From Macrostomum lignano (lineage: Eukaryota), in the NCBI GenBank assembly GCA_002269645.1, contig NIVC01001975.1, positions 1-64,000 on the forward strand: a stretch of DNA of 64,000 nt, written 5' to 3'. Numbering within the stretch: position 1 is the first letter of the stretch; each line of letters begins with the position of its first letter. The translations under genes and the position numbers were made by a program. Shown in pieces: positions 49,999 through 63,048 of this stretch. The notes beneath the pieces were generated by a model. That model did not search any database and was not told the origin of the DNA. It saw nothing but the letters and a program-made list of their open reading frames with translations.

Positions 49999-52864
49999 TC
50001 ACATGATCTCCTTAACCACGGCCTTGACAGCCTGGTAGATCTCCTTGCCGCTATTCGGGATCTCTCTGGCGCTGGGCGAGAAACCGCTCAGGGAGCCGTT
50101 GTAGTACGGCCGCAGCTCCGGCGTGAAGGAGTACTTGACGCCCAGGCGGTACTTCACCCAGTCGTAGCTGCCGCCAGCGGCCTCGTCTGGAAAAGACGCG
50201 GTTGAAGAGAGACTGAAGCTTAAAGTGCACGAAGCTCTGGCTTAGAAAGGCGTCTCTCTCATCTAAGTACACGAAGTCGATTTCTTGAGAGCGCAAGCCC
50301 GTTGAAAACGAGGGTTAATATACGTTAATATAATTAATTAACGAGGGGGGGTAAATAAACAATAGCCTGAAGGTTGATTAACGTCATTTTATGTAAATAA
50401 ACGTTATTTAACGTTTCACTTTGTTGTTGCTGTTTGTTGTTGACGATACTTTATAGCTTTAAGGAGGGTAAATTTACGTTAATTCACGAGCTTGTTAACC
50501 GAAATTAACCTACAAAGTGAGTGTGGTTGACTAACGTAAATTCGCCTTTTCAAAAGTTAAAATACGGTAAATTAACCAACAAAAGTTACTTTTCGTTTAT
50601 TTACTTTCAAGTTTAACTCTCGTTTTCAACGGGACAGAAATCTGCCTTAGAGTGTGTCGAACAATTCGCGTCTATTTGGGTCTTTTCCTTGGACAGAGTG
50701 CGCACGACTGACGAAGAGAAATTTGTACAGCCTGTGTGCATCTCCGTGCGAGAGCACGAGCTTGAGGGTGAGCGAAATGGGCATAACTACTGGCTGCTCC
50801 TCGCTGGCTGCGGGGTCGCCAGTTGCCTTGATTTTCGGCACACCAGGGCCTACAAACCCCTCCGCTACAAAGCCAAATTAACAACTGCTGAATTCTATAT
50901 ACTTTACGGATGTTAAACCCAAATTAACAACTGCTCTACACCCTGGATGCCATCAGCTCTGACTTCAAACTAACTATCCCTATTCTGGTTCAATTCCCAA
51001 AACTTACACAGGCCGACGTTGGCAGGCTGACCAACGCGGAAGTTTTGTCCGCTAACCGCACGGATGGCCGCTGCCGCAGCGTTTCCAACTCTCATCTGTT
51101 CGTGTAGAGTTTCAATGCGTTTTTTAGCAATTTTAATTAGGTAATGAATTTAGTCAGGTGCTCACGAATCAAGTGCTCACCATTTCGGTGTGGTCGGAAG
51201 GCAGAGATCGGGTGTAGCCAGGCGGGGTCAGCCACCACTGTCCGTAGGTGTGGAAGCTGATGTACATGCCCTGCTGCAGCTGGTTTCTAATGCCGGTCAG
51301 GTAGTCGCTCAAAGCCTTGGTCTCCGGCTCAGAGAATGCATTCGGGCCGTGGTAAATGTCGCTGGACGGGTTGTTGCTGGTTCCGGGTCCGCCGAACATG
51401 AAGTCAAAGTTGCGGTTGGGATCGGCGCCGTAGGCGAATCTGTACGGCTTGCGGGTCTTGCGCCAGTATCTGGTCTAGGAGAACATTTGAAAAAAAACTA
51501 AAGTTCAATTAGCACCTGTTGAGTACGTTTTAGATAGCTTTAACTTCGAACTAACCGAGCTGGATCGGAATGTGTAGTCATAGCCGTCGGGGTTGACCAC
51601 CGGCATGAAGTGCCAGTCAAACTTGTTCATTAGCGTCCGGACCTCGCTGTTTCCGGCCTTGTAGTCGTTGATAAGCTGCTTGACGATGTAGTTAAGAGTG
51701 GCAGGGGCCAGCCACTCCCTGGCATGGATGGCCGCGTCAATGAAGATCACAGGCTTGTTGGAGCCGCCGTTCATATTCAGCCGCAGCACGCGAAGATTAC
51801 GGCCTTCGTAAGACCTACCGATGGAAACGAGAGAAGCAACGCCGCTATTCTGACTGACCAGGCCCTCCATCCAGGTGTAGATCTGCAACCGGATGCATTC
51901 ATCAGAGTATGTAGAGAATCGATAGATTATTTCATTGAAAAACCGTTTCACAGGTTATAGAGAGAACCTTACCTCAGAGCTCTGAGCGAAGTAAGTCGAC
52001 GGGTCATTGTTGAAGGCCCTGGCGCTCAGCTTGTTTTCCAGCCTGGCCCTCAGCAGCATGCTGAAGTAGTATTCAGTTGGTTCATTTGATTTGGTTGGTA
52101 GACCAATTTGTTCATCAGTATTTCTGCAAAACAAGTTGCCTTACCCGCCGACATCTTTCTCCAGAATCTCGTACTTCACTTGCAGATTGCCGAGGAAGGC
52201 CATGAATCCGATGACCTCTTGTGGCGGCACGACTACACTCTCAGTGTAGCCCAAGTGGTTCTCGTTAGCGACGAGGAACTGTGGGACAGCAAAATCTGTT
52301 TTTTTATAGTAAAGATTATGGACCTTCCTGACTATCGGACAACAAATAGATTTAAATGACCAGATGGTGAGGGTTGCGGACTAAAAGTAGCATGTTTTTT
52401 AACTTGCGTCTTAGGCCGATTGCCAACGACTGAAAAGAGATAGTACTTGTTGTTTAAACATCGTGAATACTAAATTCCTAGTCCTTTACGGCTTTAGGTA
52501 GTACTTTGATAGAAGATCGTGAAGGTTAAGTGCATGCCTAATGCCTCTAGAGGTAGCAGTCTTCTGAATGATGGTGGAGGCTGCCATCTAAAGTGAAAAC
52601 CCATGGTGGCACCACCAGACTCGGTGTTTCAGGTCTAAGTGGAAACTACCCTCAGACTCGCTGTCCGCCAAGTTACGCGCTTCGAAAATAACGTTCATTG
52701 CTTACGTCGCGAGCGTTCACATAATGACGAACAGTGGCAGCGGCCTGCGGGTTCTCGATGGTCAGGTGGAACTCCTGCCAGTCGAAGAGCTCCTCGTCCT
52801 CCTTGACCGCGGAGGCGAGCAGGGCCAGCTGCAGGCAGCACAGGGAGAGCACAAACAGGCGCAT
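49999..52864 (-). CDS. Secreted M14A (carboxypeptidase A/B-type) preproenzyme, about 425 aa; exons 52706-52864, 52145-52278, 51973-52060, 51556-51882, 51181-51474, 51008-51095, 49999-50186
   Basis: Signal peptide and propeptide, IHAREW zinc motif, WRKTR, NRNF, FHTY (third Zn ligand), Y248 split across exons 6/7, and ELRP (catalytic Glu). All six introns are GT-AG and in phase. Confidence 0.95.
50298..50633. mobile_element. MITE (336 bp) in carboxypeptidase intron 6
   Basis: 21-bp TIR CCCGTTGAAAACGAG(G/A)GTTAA with 1 mismatch, and an AT-rich core with repeated GTTAA/TTAAC. No TSD seen. Confidence 0.8.
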
Positions 52865-53715
52865 GATTAGAGTCGGTATGCTCAATGTCTGTTGGGAATG
52901 TTTGCCGCTGAAGCTGCTACAGGATTGATTATATACAGCATTCGGACCGAATCGTCCTGATGACTGATTCTCACGGGGGAATTATTGTTCAGCTGTTCCC
53001 TGTGTCTCGCGGGAACTGGCCAGAAGTTGATTGCCATGCTCCATAATTGTCCTCAGCGTGTACCAGATTGCCGTTTGGAATGAGTGTCAAAATTTTCCGA
53101 GATAAGACAAGAAGGAATTTCGGCTTAGTCATTATCTTTCCGTTTTATGGGTTGTTAATTGTTTTCCAAACCTCAAGTGATTTGTGCGCTCGTGTGCGTG
53201 GCACTGGCAACTCTTTAACTCCAAGAAATTTCGAAAAGAACAGATTTTATTACTCTTGATAGCCGTGAATATGGTGGTGTTCTCCTGAGTGTCTTTTCGG
53301 TGACGCCACATACGGCCATATTTAGTTTCATAGCTTTTTGCTTTTTTATGTTGATTCTTAACAAATTGATCATTGTGCTTGAGTGTATTGGACACAAGCT
53401 ACCACCATTGATTGTATAGACTACTTAAGGTGAAGACATGTTAGTTGAAATTTGTAGAAATTATTTTGAAACTTTCCCATTAAATAACTGCTCAAATGTA
53501 TTTTGCCATCAAATCAGTCAGCTTTAAGTGATATATGCATATTTAGAAATAAAGTATTTTGTCAAAACAGTTTTGGTTAATTGTTGTCCGGTAGGAGCAC
53601 ATTTTCGAAAAAATGAATAATATAGGCATATGAAAAAGTATAAGCGCTTGTCTTCAGTTTTTCAACTGTTGGTGCCTCAGTTCTGCTTGGCTTCTGTGCG
53701 CCCTCCTCTGGCTGA

Positions 53716-54200
53716 TCATCCGCTGGTCTGCGTGAGCTTCATGTTGGACAGGAACAGGCCGCAGGTCTCGCAGCACGGGCCAAGGCAGCAGTCCACGATA
53801 GACTTGGAATAGTGGCGCATGCAGGCCATGTTGATCTCCCAGACCTTGAAGGATGGCGTGATGCACCAGATGTGCTGCATCGCCACCGCGGCGAACACGC
53901 AGCCCCAGTACAAGGCGATGAAGATGCCGCAGAGCAGGGTGCACACCTTGTACAGGCAGTTCTTGCCGCAGTTGAAACAGCTGTAGGAGTTGCGCCACAC
54001 GCAGTCCATGCTGTGGATGCCGTCCGGCTCTCCAAGGACATCTTCGAATGCTGTCTGGATGGCATGGGAGATCGATTTCAGCTGGCGAACTTGTGAGGGG
54101 CTCAGCCGTAGCTACTAATAATCATTGCAAGAGTTGGACTTACCGACAGATGGTTGTTAAGCGCGTTCGGGTCGCGGTTCGTGAGATCAACTTCGGCCAT
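53716..54200 (-). CDS. cav: Caveolin, about 131 aa; exons 54144-54200 and 53716-54054 (alternative acceptor at 54081)
   Basis: MAEVDLTNRDPNALNNHLS|TAFEDVLGEPDGIHSMDCVWRNSY carries the caveolin signature, followed by the hydrophobic hairpin. Confidence 0.93.
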
Positions 54201-54849
54201 GGTTGAATTACAGAGGCTAAAAATCCGACTAAGCGACTCCTTGAGCTTGCGAGCAAGAGCTTCCTGGTGGCTGACCTGCAGAGCGAAGTGTGCGGGCGCC
54301 GCCGCTTATGAAGGGAAGGGTAGGAGGGGAGGCCCGGCACCGGAGCAGCTTGGAGCGCGGTTAGAAACCGTTGCCATGGACACGACCCAAGGAGATCTGC
54401 CTTTTGAACTTGCGAGTTGGTTGGTCGGGGGAGGGTAGGGATAGATTCAAGATGGATAGGAGCTTTCGGGCTGTTCAATAGATCCCCGCAGTGTGGTATC
54501 CTAGCAACCAAGATGGCTTGAAAACAAACCGGAAGCGCCCATTGTGCCACGCAGTGACTCTTAACCCCAGCCTGCACAGGAAACTTCTGGGACCTCTACT
54601 CAACCTTTAATTTTCTGCTTTGGTTGCCTGGCCTAACTATTTTTTTATTCATTGAGACTGGGACAGAGCAGAAACATGCGGCAGGCTGCCTCTCTAACAG
54701 CCAGAACCGCAGATCGGGACAGCAGCTTTGTTGCCATGCGGATGTGAGCTGAATTAAGGAGGGCGTGCTGGCCAATACAGTTATTTTCAATAGTCTTTTT
54801 ACTTTAAAAGCTAGGCGCATTTCAATGTTTGACACATTAGCTGTATACA

Positions 54850-55375
54850 TTGCTTCCAGCTGCATTCCTCATCAATTCCAGCTGCATTCCTCATCAATTC
54901 CAGCTGCATTCCTCATCAATTCCAGCTGCATTCCACATCAATTCCAGCTGCATTCCACATCAATTCCAGCTGCATTCCTCATCAATTCCAGCTGCATTCC
55001 TCATCAATTCCGGCTGCATTCCACATCAATTCCAGCTGCATTCCACATCAATTCCAGCTGCATTCCTCATCAATTCCAGATACATTCCACATCAATTCCA
55101 GCTGCATTCCTCATCAATTCCAGCTGCATTCCTCATCAATTCCAGCTGCATTCCTCATCAATTCCAGCTGCATTCCACATCAATTCCAGCTGCATTCCAC
55201 ATCAATTCCAGCTGCATTCCTCATCAATTCCAGCTGCATTCCTCATCAATTCCGGCTGCATTCCACATCAATTCCAGCTGCATTCCACATCAATTCCAGC
55301 TGCATTCCTCTTCAATTCCAGATACATTCCACATCAATTCCAGCTGCATTCCACATCAATTCCAGCTACATTCTG
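54850..55375. repeat. 22-bp minisatellite, about 24 copies
   Basis: ATTCCAGCTGCATTCC(T/A)CATCA units. Confidence 0.96.
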
Positions 55376-55919
55376 CATCACCTCTATTCTAACCGTATTA
55401 TTTAGAAAACATGATTTTATCTTACTAACAGTAGACAACAGAGGGCATGAAAGCAAAATAGTAGTTTTGTATCATAAACGACTCCTATTGATAGCATTGT
55501 CCCCAACAAAGCATAATGGCATGATTTTTTAAGCATAACATGACGTTGAGATTGACTTTATGCCCTCTGAGCAGACACGCCAAGTGAAGTATTTCCAGTC
55601 TTCATAAAATTTCTTTTCTCAAGAACTGCACGGGTAGGATTGTATAGGGCAACAAAAAAATTAAGAACATCACGTGCGGCCCTTCGTTGCGGTGAAAAAA
55701 TGATGAATTGAAACGCGTTTTGCATGGCCGTTTGAGTTCATAACTCAACGTGAGCGCGCCGTGAGCATTCTCCTGCATTCTCCTGATGTAGTGGCAAGTG
55801 TTTGCTCGGCAAAGTGTGAGCAGCTGGGCTTTGGGATTGATCAGCAACTGGGATGCGGCACAGACAGGGACGGCCAGCATGGCAACTGAAATAGGACGCT
55901 ACTCTGGCTGAATAACGAA

Positions 55920-56440
<521 letters not shown>

Positions 56441-56839
56441 TTTAATAACATTCAGTTTACAGAAGGCCGGCTGCTCACAATGAGTTAATAAAAAGGCTTT
56501 TGTCGCTTCCGGCAGGCAAACCAATTTGTTTCCATCTGCTCTTGAAAGACGCTAATGGTGCAACGTCTCCTCGATCGAGGGGCATGTCGAGTGAAAAATG
56601 CCACCCAGTTTGAGAGAAACGGCGGCAGAACAAATTGAGGCTAAAAGATAATTTCGACTTAAACAACGGACAGTAAGACAAACTGAATTTCGACCAAGAC
56701 TAATCCCCGGGGAAACTGCAGACTTGACGTGAGTCTAAAATACAAAAAAATCAACAATTCACTTTGAAATGATTTATAGATCTTTGATCTATCCGACTTT
56801 TTTGCAGCTGAAGGTTACTTTATGTAAATAAAGCACCAT

Positions 56840-57148
56840 ATATGACCTATCTTGGCCCTCTGCTGACACACATCTTGGCCCTCTGCTGACACACATCTTG
56901 GCCCTCTGCTGACACACATCTTGGCCCTCTGCTGACACACATCTTGGCCCTCTGCTGACACACATCTTGGCCCTCTGCTGACACACATCTTGGCCCTCTG
57001 CTGACACACATCTTGGCCCTCTGCTGACACACATCTTGGCCCTCTGCTGACACACATCTTGGCCCTCTGCTGACGCACATCTTGGCCCTCTGCTGACACA
57101 CATCTTGGCCCTCTGCTGACACACATCTTGGCCCTCTGCTGACACACA
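56840..57148. repeat. 23-bp minisatellite, about 13 copies
   Basis: GACACACATCTTGGCCCTCTGCT units. Confidence 0.97.
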
Positions 57149-57519
57149 TGTTGAAGTGCTTCTAACACACACCTTTAAACCTTTTTGAGGCATTTTTTAT
57201 TGGAACAGCTTAGCTTTTGCAGGTCATGAAATTTTCCTACATGGTTGCCAAATGAAAGTGGCTGCTGACTGCAGTAACTATAGGCTATCGCTATTGCTGA
57301 GTGAGTTGCTTTCCTGTAATTTCACAATGCTGTCTGCCTGAAACAAAAAGCAAAATTATTTAAAATAAAGCACTCAGCCCTCGTGCTGCTTTTTTTGCTT
57401 TTCTCTTCCAGTTTTCTCTCGTCTTCCATTATACTCGCTGCAATGCAAATTGCATTAGCTTAGCGCAGTGAAAGCAGAAATTCAGCCAGCCTCTCAGAAT
57501 TAATGCGCTTTCAGGCTGT

Positions 57520-57655
<136 letters not shown>

Positions 57656-58317
57656 AATTGTTGATGGCAGCGGGAGACAGGGGAAAACTGGGAACGCAAA
57701 CTGCATAGCGGGCTCTGCGACACACCATTTTATCGTAGTGCAGCTGCTAGTGAATGTCTCCTTCTAAAAGAGAGTTGCTTTATTTTTTGTTCTAGCCCGC
57801 TCAGCTATATTGGATATCAGAGGTGATCTGGAAACAGTGTAGGATGAAGCCCAGATGCTGCAAACTGCACTGCAAACAACACCACCCCCACCCCCCCCCC
57901 CCAGAAACCTGTCACCTCCCCCCATCCAGTCTGCGGTTATAGAGGTGGCGCGCGACTCCGGACGGACGCAGTGAGTCAGTCATATTGCTCGCTTTATCCC
58001 GCGGTCTTGTCGCGTAGGGTGGCGGGGGGGGGTGCGTGAAGCTGGCCCAGGCCAACCGAGAAGACCGGGGGAACGGAGGAAAAGCTGCATCATCGGCTAT
58101 GGCCGCCGCAGTCCCCCCCCCATCTCTCTGCAGAGGCTTTCAGGCCGACGTCCTCACGGTGTCTCACCTGCAGCCCGTTTTCTACAGCGCGCGAGTGTTC
58201 TCAAGCGACTGCTGCTGGATGTTGAAACCTAGATTGGCGGACAGACAAACAAACAATAAACGGACAAACAAAATAAGGACTTGTTCACACATATAAGAAC
58301 GACGAGTGACGACATCG

Positions 58318-58470
58318 AAGGACAAGCGGACACATCATAGACGGACAAGCGGACAAATCATAGACGGACAAGCGGACAAATCATAGACGGACAAGCGGAC
58401 ACATCATAGACGGACAAGCGGACACATCATAGACGGACAAGCGGACAAATCATAGACGGACAAGCGGACA
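58318..58470. repeat. 23-bp minisatellite, about 6 copies, ending just before an ATG
   Basis: GACGGACAAGCGGACA(C/A)ATCATA units. Confidence 0.93.
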
Positions 58471-58474
58471 CAAG

Positions 58475-59170
58475 ATGCCGGGTGGATTCTCTTTCGGCGG
58501 TGATGGAGGCGGCGGCGGCGGCGGTGGTGGCGGTCACCGTCGGCACCATCGCCATCATCAGCACCTGACGCACCAGAGCAGCAGCAGCAGCAGCTTCGGC
58601 GGAGGCAGCCAGCAGGCGCAGTCGCAGCATCAACAGCAGCACCAACCGGGTCCAACATTCGTTTGGGATCTTCTACCAACTTCTCGATCCGCCGTGGTGA
58701 CGGAAAATTCCACAGCCGAAGGCACTGCTGTGCAGCCACAGCCGCAACAGCAGCAGCAGCAACAACAGCAGCAGCAAACGCAGCAGCCAAGGCTGATGAC
58801 ACCAGCCGAGTCCAGTCGAATGCAGGAGTTGTACCAGCGCAAAGTGAAAGACGGCGAGGACAAGTACGAGCTGGTGGCCAGCTTCGCCCTGTCGCACGGC
58901 AAAATCGAGGCCTATTATCCGCACAGGACGCGGCTGCCGTTTCAGCTCACCGAGAGGCGGCGCCGGCTGCTGGCCCAGTACTACAGCCAGGGCGAGCAGT
59001 GGGTGGTTCTGTACGTAAACCAGTCCGACTTCGAGCACTACATGCCGCTGAACTGTCGGCGGCCGATCGCTAAGACGGCTGCGTCGACTGGCAAAAACGG
59101 CGGCCGGAGCGGCGATATGAGCGGATCGCGGAGCGCCAACGGGCTGCGGTCGCTGCTGGGGATACGCTAG
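58475..59170 (+). CDS. Intronless hypothetical protein, 231 aa: Gly/His/Ser/Gln low-complexity N-terminus plus an aromatic-rich globular region of about 70 aa
   Basis: Strong GC3 bias across the ORF and clean ATG and TAG. No family recognised. Confidence 0.7.
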   Translation: MPGGFSFGGDGGGGGGGGGGHRRHHRHHQHLTHQSSSSSSFGGGSQQAQSQHQQQHQPGPTFVWDLLPTSRSAVVTENSTAEGTAVQPQPQQQQQQQQQQQTQQPRLMTPAESSRMQELYQRKVKDGEDKYELVASFALSHGKIEAYYPHRTRLPFQLTERRRRLLAQYYSQGEQWVVLYVNQSDFEHYMPLNCRRPIAKTAASTGKNGGRSGDMSGSRSANGLRSLLGIR

Positions 59171-59249
59171 GAGGCTGAGCCTCCTTGCAGCCTGATGACC
59201 CAAACTCTGATGACTGGCAGTGATTTGTCCTGGCTTCTGCAGTATTTAA

Positions 59250-59640
59250 CTAGGTGTGTAAGTAGGTAGATAGGCGGGTAGGTAGATAAATAGGTTGGTA
59301 GGTAGATACATAAGTAGTTAGATCGGTAAGTAGATAGATAGGTAGGTAAGGCAGGTAGATAAGTAGGTAGCTAGGTACGTAGGTAGACAGGTAGGTAGGA
59401 AGATAGGTAGATAGGTAGGTATGTAGGTAGATAGGTACGTGGTTTGACAGGTTTGGTAGGCAAGTAGGTAGATAGGTAGGTAAGTAGATAGGTAAGTTGG
59501 TAGATAGGTAGGTAAGTAGGTAGATAGTTAGGTAAGTAGGTAGATAGGTAGGTAAGTACATAGGTAGGTAAGTAGGTAGATAGGTAGGTAAGTAGGTAGA
59601 TGGGTAGGTAAGTAGATAGCTAAGGTAGGTAGATAGGCAG
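59250..59640. repeat. Degenerate (AGGT/AGAT/AAGT)n microsatellite
   Basis: Direct reading. Confidence 0.95.
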
Positions 59641-61454
59641 ATAGATCGTTGGATTAGTTCGCAAAGCTGCATTTTCCGCGTACCCTCCCTCACCACTCTG
59701 GCCAAGCGATGTGGATCTGCACTTTGAGCCAACGCAGAGCAGCTATTCTTTAAAGCATAAAGTTACCGAGCTTTAATGCTTGATGAAAATGAAGACAAAT
59801 TGGCTTGGCGATAAAAACTACTTATCTGATAGGATTAGTGGGAAACGGCTGGCGCTTTACCTATGCCTCAGCCTAATGAACTACCTACCGTTAAAACTCG
59901 GAGTCAGATGGGAGTAACGCGATGTTATAAATATTTTTTCTCCCATCATTTTGATCAAAAGTCCACAGAGTTTGCCTGAACTGCGTTCTTAGCTATCAGC
60001 TATCAAAGAGCACATTTAATAATACCGAGTTTAAACAGTATAACTAACTTTAATAACCTGAACTTTCTCTCTCTGATTTGGCCTTTCTTAATTAATTTTT
60101 TTCTGACCGAATTGGTGGGTTTCTCAGGATTTCCCTGAGGATTTTAATAATTTTCACGCGTATGAAAGTTTCAAAATGGTCATAATAGAGTTTGCAGGAT
60201 CGCTGCGGTCCCGTACGGAGGTAATCAGAATTAGACAACTCATTTTTAGTATATAGGACTAGCAATCAGCGCCCCCGTTGGGGAGCCGACAAAGAATGTA
60301 ATAAAAATGTTTGAATAAACTACATGTAGCTTCTCACCTCAGTCTTGATATCTCAGCGATTCTCCCCCTCCAAGCCTTGCCATCTCAGCTCTTGTCCCCG
60401 TAAGCCTTCTCAGAATACCCACCCCAGACTTGACATCTCAGCGATTCCCCCCGTAAGCCTTGAAATCTTAGTAATTCTCCCAAGTTCCAAGTTCTATTTT
60501 AAAGAAAAAATCCTATTCAAAGTTTTTACCTGCTACTAGCAAGTAGGTAGATGATTTACTAAATATGTACACATTCGAATTGGAATTTTGTAGAAGAGTT
60601 TAAACTCCCTTAAATTTTAGTTTGGTTTAGTTAGAGACAAGGGGGTGTGCATCCATGGTGGCGCACTCTAAGCGAGAGGCATTACTGCCCATTCCGCCGA
60701 CTCCCCTGAGCAGGCACACAAGCGCGCGGATACGTACGCAGTCATAAGCACAGGCACACACTCACACAGGAGTGTACAGCGGTCCTAACTTTGTTTATCG
60801 TTAGCTTCCCTGTGTCTTGGGGGTTGGTTCTCAATGACGTTAATTGCACGAACAGAGCCAAGCCGAGATTCCAATTTAGCCCCAAATTATTGCGACTGCA
60901 CTTGGAATCGAGCCTGGGCCGCTGGCACATCGAGCGCCCTGTTAGACCACTGCTTGGGCTACGGACCACCCGACATTCTTTACAATTAAAGTGACTTAAA
61001 ATTTCAGCTCAGCAGTATACGGCTAACGTGTTTCCTCTAAAGCTGGTATAAAACAAATTTAATTTAGGCTTTACTAATTTGTGTGTTGCTCACTGATGAG
61101 CATCGTTTGTTAATAAAAAAATAAATATCACTAAAAATTCCGGTATTTTTACAAGCGTACTACAAATTTAAACAAATTTTGCTAACTACTAATTTCTTTG
61201 CTAAGAGAAATATTTTGTCACTAAGATTGAAATGAAGATTAGAAATTCGTTGAAATAATTCAAACACTTGATTAAAAAACTTCGTCAGAGTGGACTTCTT
61301 CAACTCTTCTTTCTCTCTAATGTTCCTTCGCCGGAATTATTTCAGGCTCCTGATGTTAAAAACGAAGTTCAGCTTTTTTGAATATAATATTTCAACGCCC
61401 CTACAGTTCGATGTTCCACTGTACTGTAGGTCTATTTTCGTTTAGTTGAACCAT

Positions 61455-62016
61455 CAGGGGCGTCGCCATGGATTTTATGGTGGGGGGGACGAAGCCAAGA
61501 ATTTAACATGATGTACATGACTAAATTTCTAAAATTCCATTATTTTGAGAATCGTGTTGTCAGCGCTCATTTTGCCGCCGCGGGCACTCATTTTGGCGCG
61601 GCAGGCACTCATTTTGGCGCCACAGGCGCTCATTTTGGCGCGGCAGGCACTCATTTTAGCGCCAGAGGCACTCATTTTAGCGCCAGAGGCACTCATTTTA
61701 GCATCGCAGGCACTCATTTTAGCTCCACAGGCACTCATTTTAGCACCGCAGGCACTCATTTTAGCTCCACAGGCACTCATTTTAGCACCGCAGGCACTCA
61801 TTTTAGCGCCGCAGGCACTCATTTTAGCGCCGCAGGCACTCATTTTAGCGCCGCAGACAGTCATTTGGGCGCCGAAGACGCTATAATTTGGCGCACTGTA
61901 GAAAAATTACTGATTGCCACAAGGTGGGGTGGGGGGGACAAAGCATTGGCATGTCCCCCCAGAGCTTTTACTGGGGGGGACATGTCCCCCCTGGCCTCCC
62001 GGTGGCGACGCGCCTG
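61455..62016. mobile_element. Non-autonomous hAT-like element (562 bp) carrying an internal 21-bp array
   Basis: TIRs CAGGGGCGTCGCCA / TGGCGACGCGCCTG. Exact 8-bp TSD TGAACCAT at 61447-61454 and 62017-62024. Confidence 0.88.
61560..61870. repeat. 21-bp minisatellite, about 15 copies, inside the hAT element
   Basis: GCAGGCACTCATTTTAGCGCC variants. Confidence 0.95.
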
Positions 62017-63048
62017 TGAACCATTAAAATACGGGCCTGTGCTGGCACAGACAGCCCCCCAGCCTGGTACGAAATAATCGCGGCCCATTTGACAGGTGAG
62101 GTCACCCTGCCTAGCTGAGCGCACAGGACACGCAGGGACAGATAGATAAGAATTACCTTAGCTGTTCTTTGAGCTGGCCTCGATCGATCGCTATGGCGTC
62201 TGTTGCGGTGGTACCACTGTTTCTTTATCGGGGTTGAAATTCAACTTTAGAGACGGCAATTCTGTGCTCCAGATCGTTTTTAAACGTTCACTCCAAGCAA
62301 TTAAAAGTGTAATAAAAATCTACAAGAACTTCGTAGACATAGACGTGACTTTGATCACTAAGACTTTCACTTCACCTGGTAAGTTTCTTTCCATTGAATG
62401 TTTTGTTAACCAGCAACAACCCAAAAGTAATGGTTTCATGAAATATGCTTTCAGCTATACGCCCTGAAATCAAATCACAGTGCCTTCTCTGGAAGGATTT
62501 TTTTGCAGAATGTATTGCATCAAGTGGAGCATAAAATAAACATATCTACGAGTCAGACTAGTTAAACAGGCGAGGTTCTACCACAGAAAATCTTGGAACG
62601 AGGCGAATCCTTACAGAAAACAATACATTAAAAAGACAGGAATAATGGTGCAATTTTGCTTCAATCTTGCGCGGCTGCCAGCCTCCAGTGGAGATTTTTA
62701 GTTGATAAAAATAAACTGATGAAGCCACCTCAGACCCGCAAACGCAAGCAAGCTACATATAGACGTCGTAACAGCAGAAAGAGAGAAATCGAAATCGTCC
62801 ATTAAGTGTTTAAAAATTTCGATTTTCGATAGACTATAGATTATAGAAATATAGCGGTAGAAAGCAATTGCCATCTCGCTTGATACATCGGTACTTTCTA
62901 ATGATCATTGCCTGAAATGACCAAAAGCATTCTCTTCTCTCCCTCATCTCTTCTTTCGCGTCGCAATCATGAATCCTGCACTTCCCAGTTTATTCTAAAT
63001 AAGTTGCAATCCCATGCATCGCCACCTTCACGCAATTGCAGCTGAACA

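Noticed and set aside
49999-52864. Carboxypeptidase as the processing enzyme for the candidate prohormone
   Set aside because: It is M14A (digestive type) and lacks Asp255. Prohormone trimming is done by M14B CPE/CPD enzymes.
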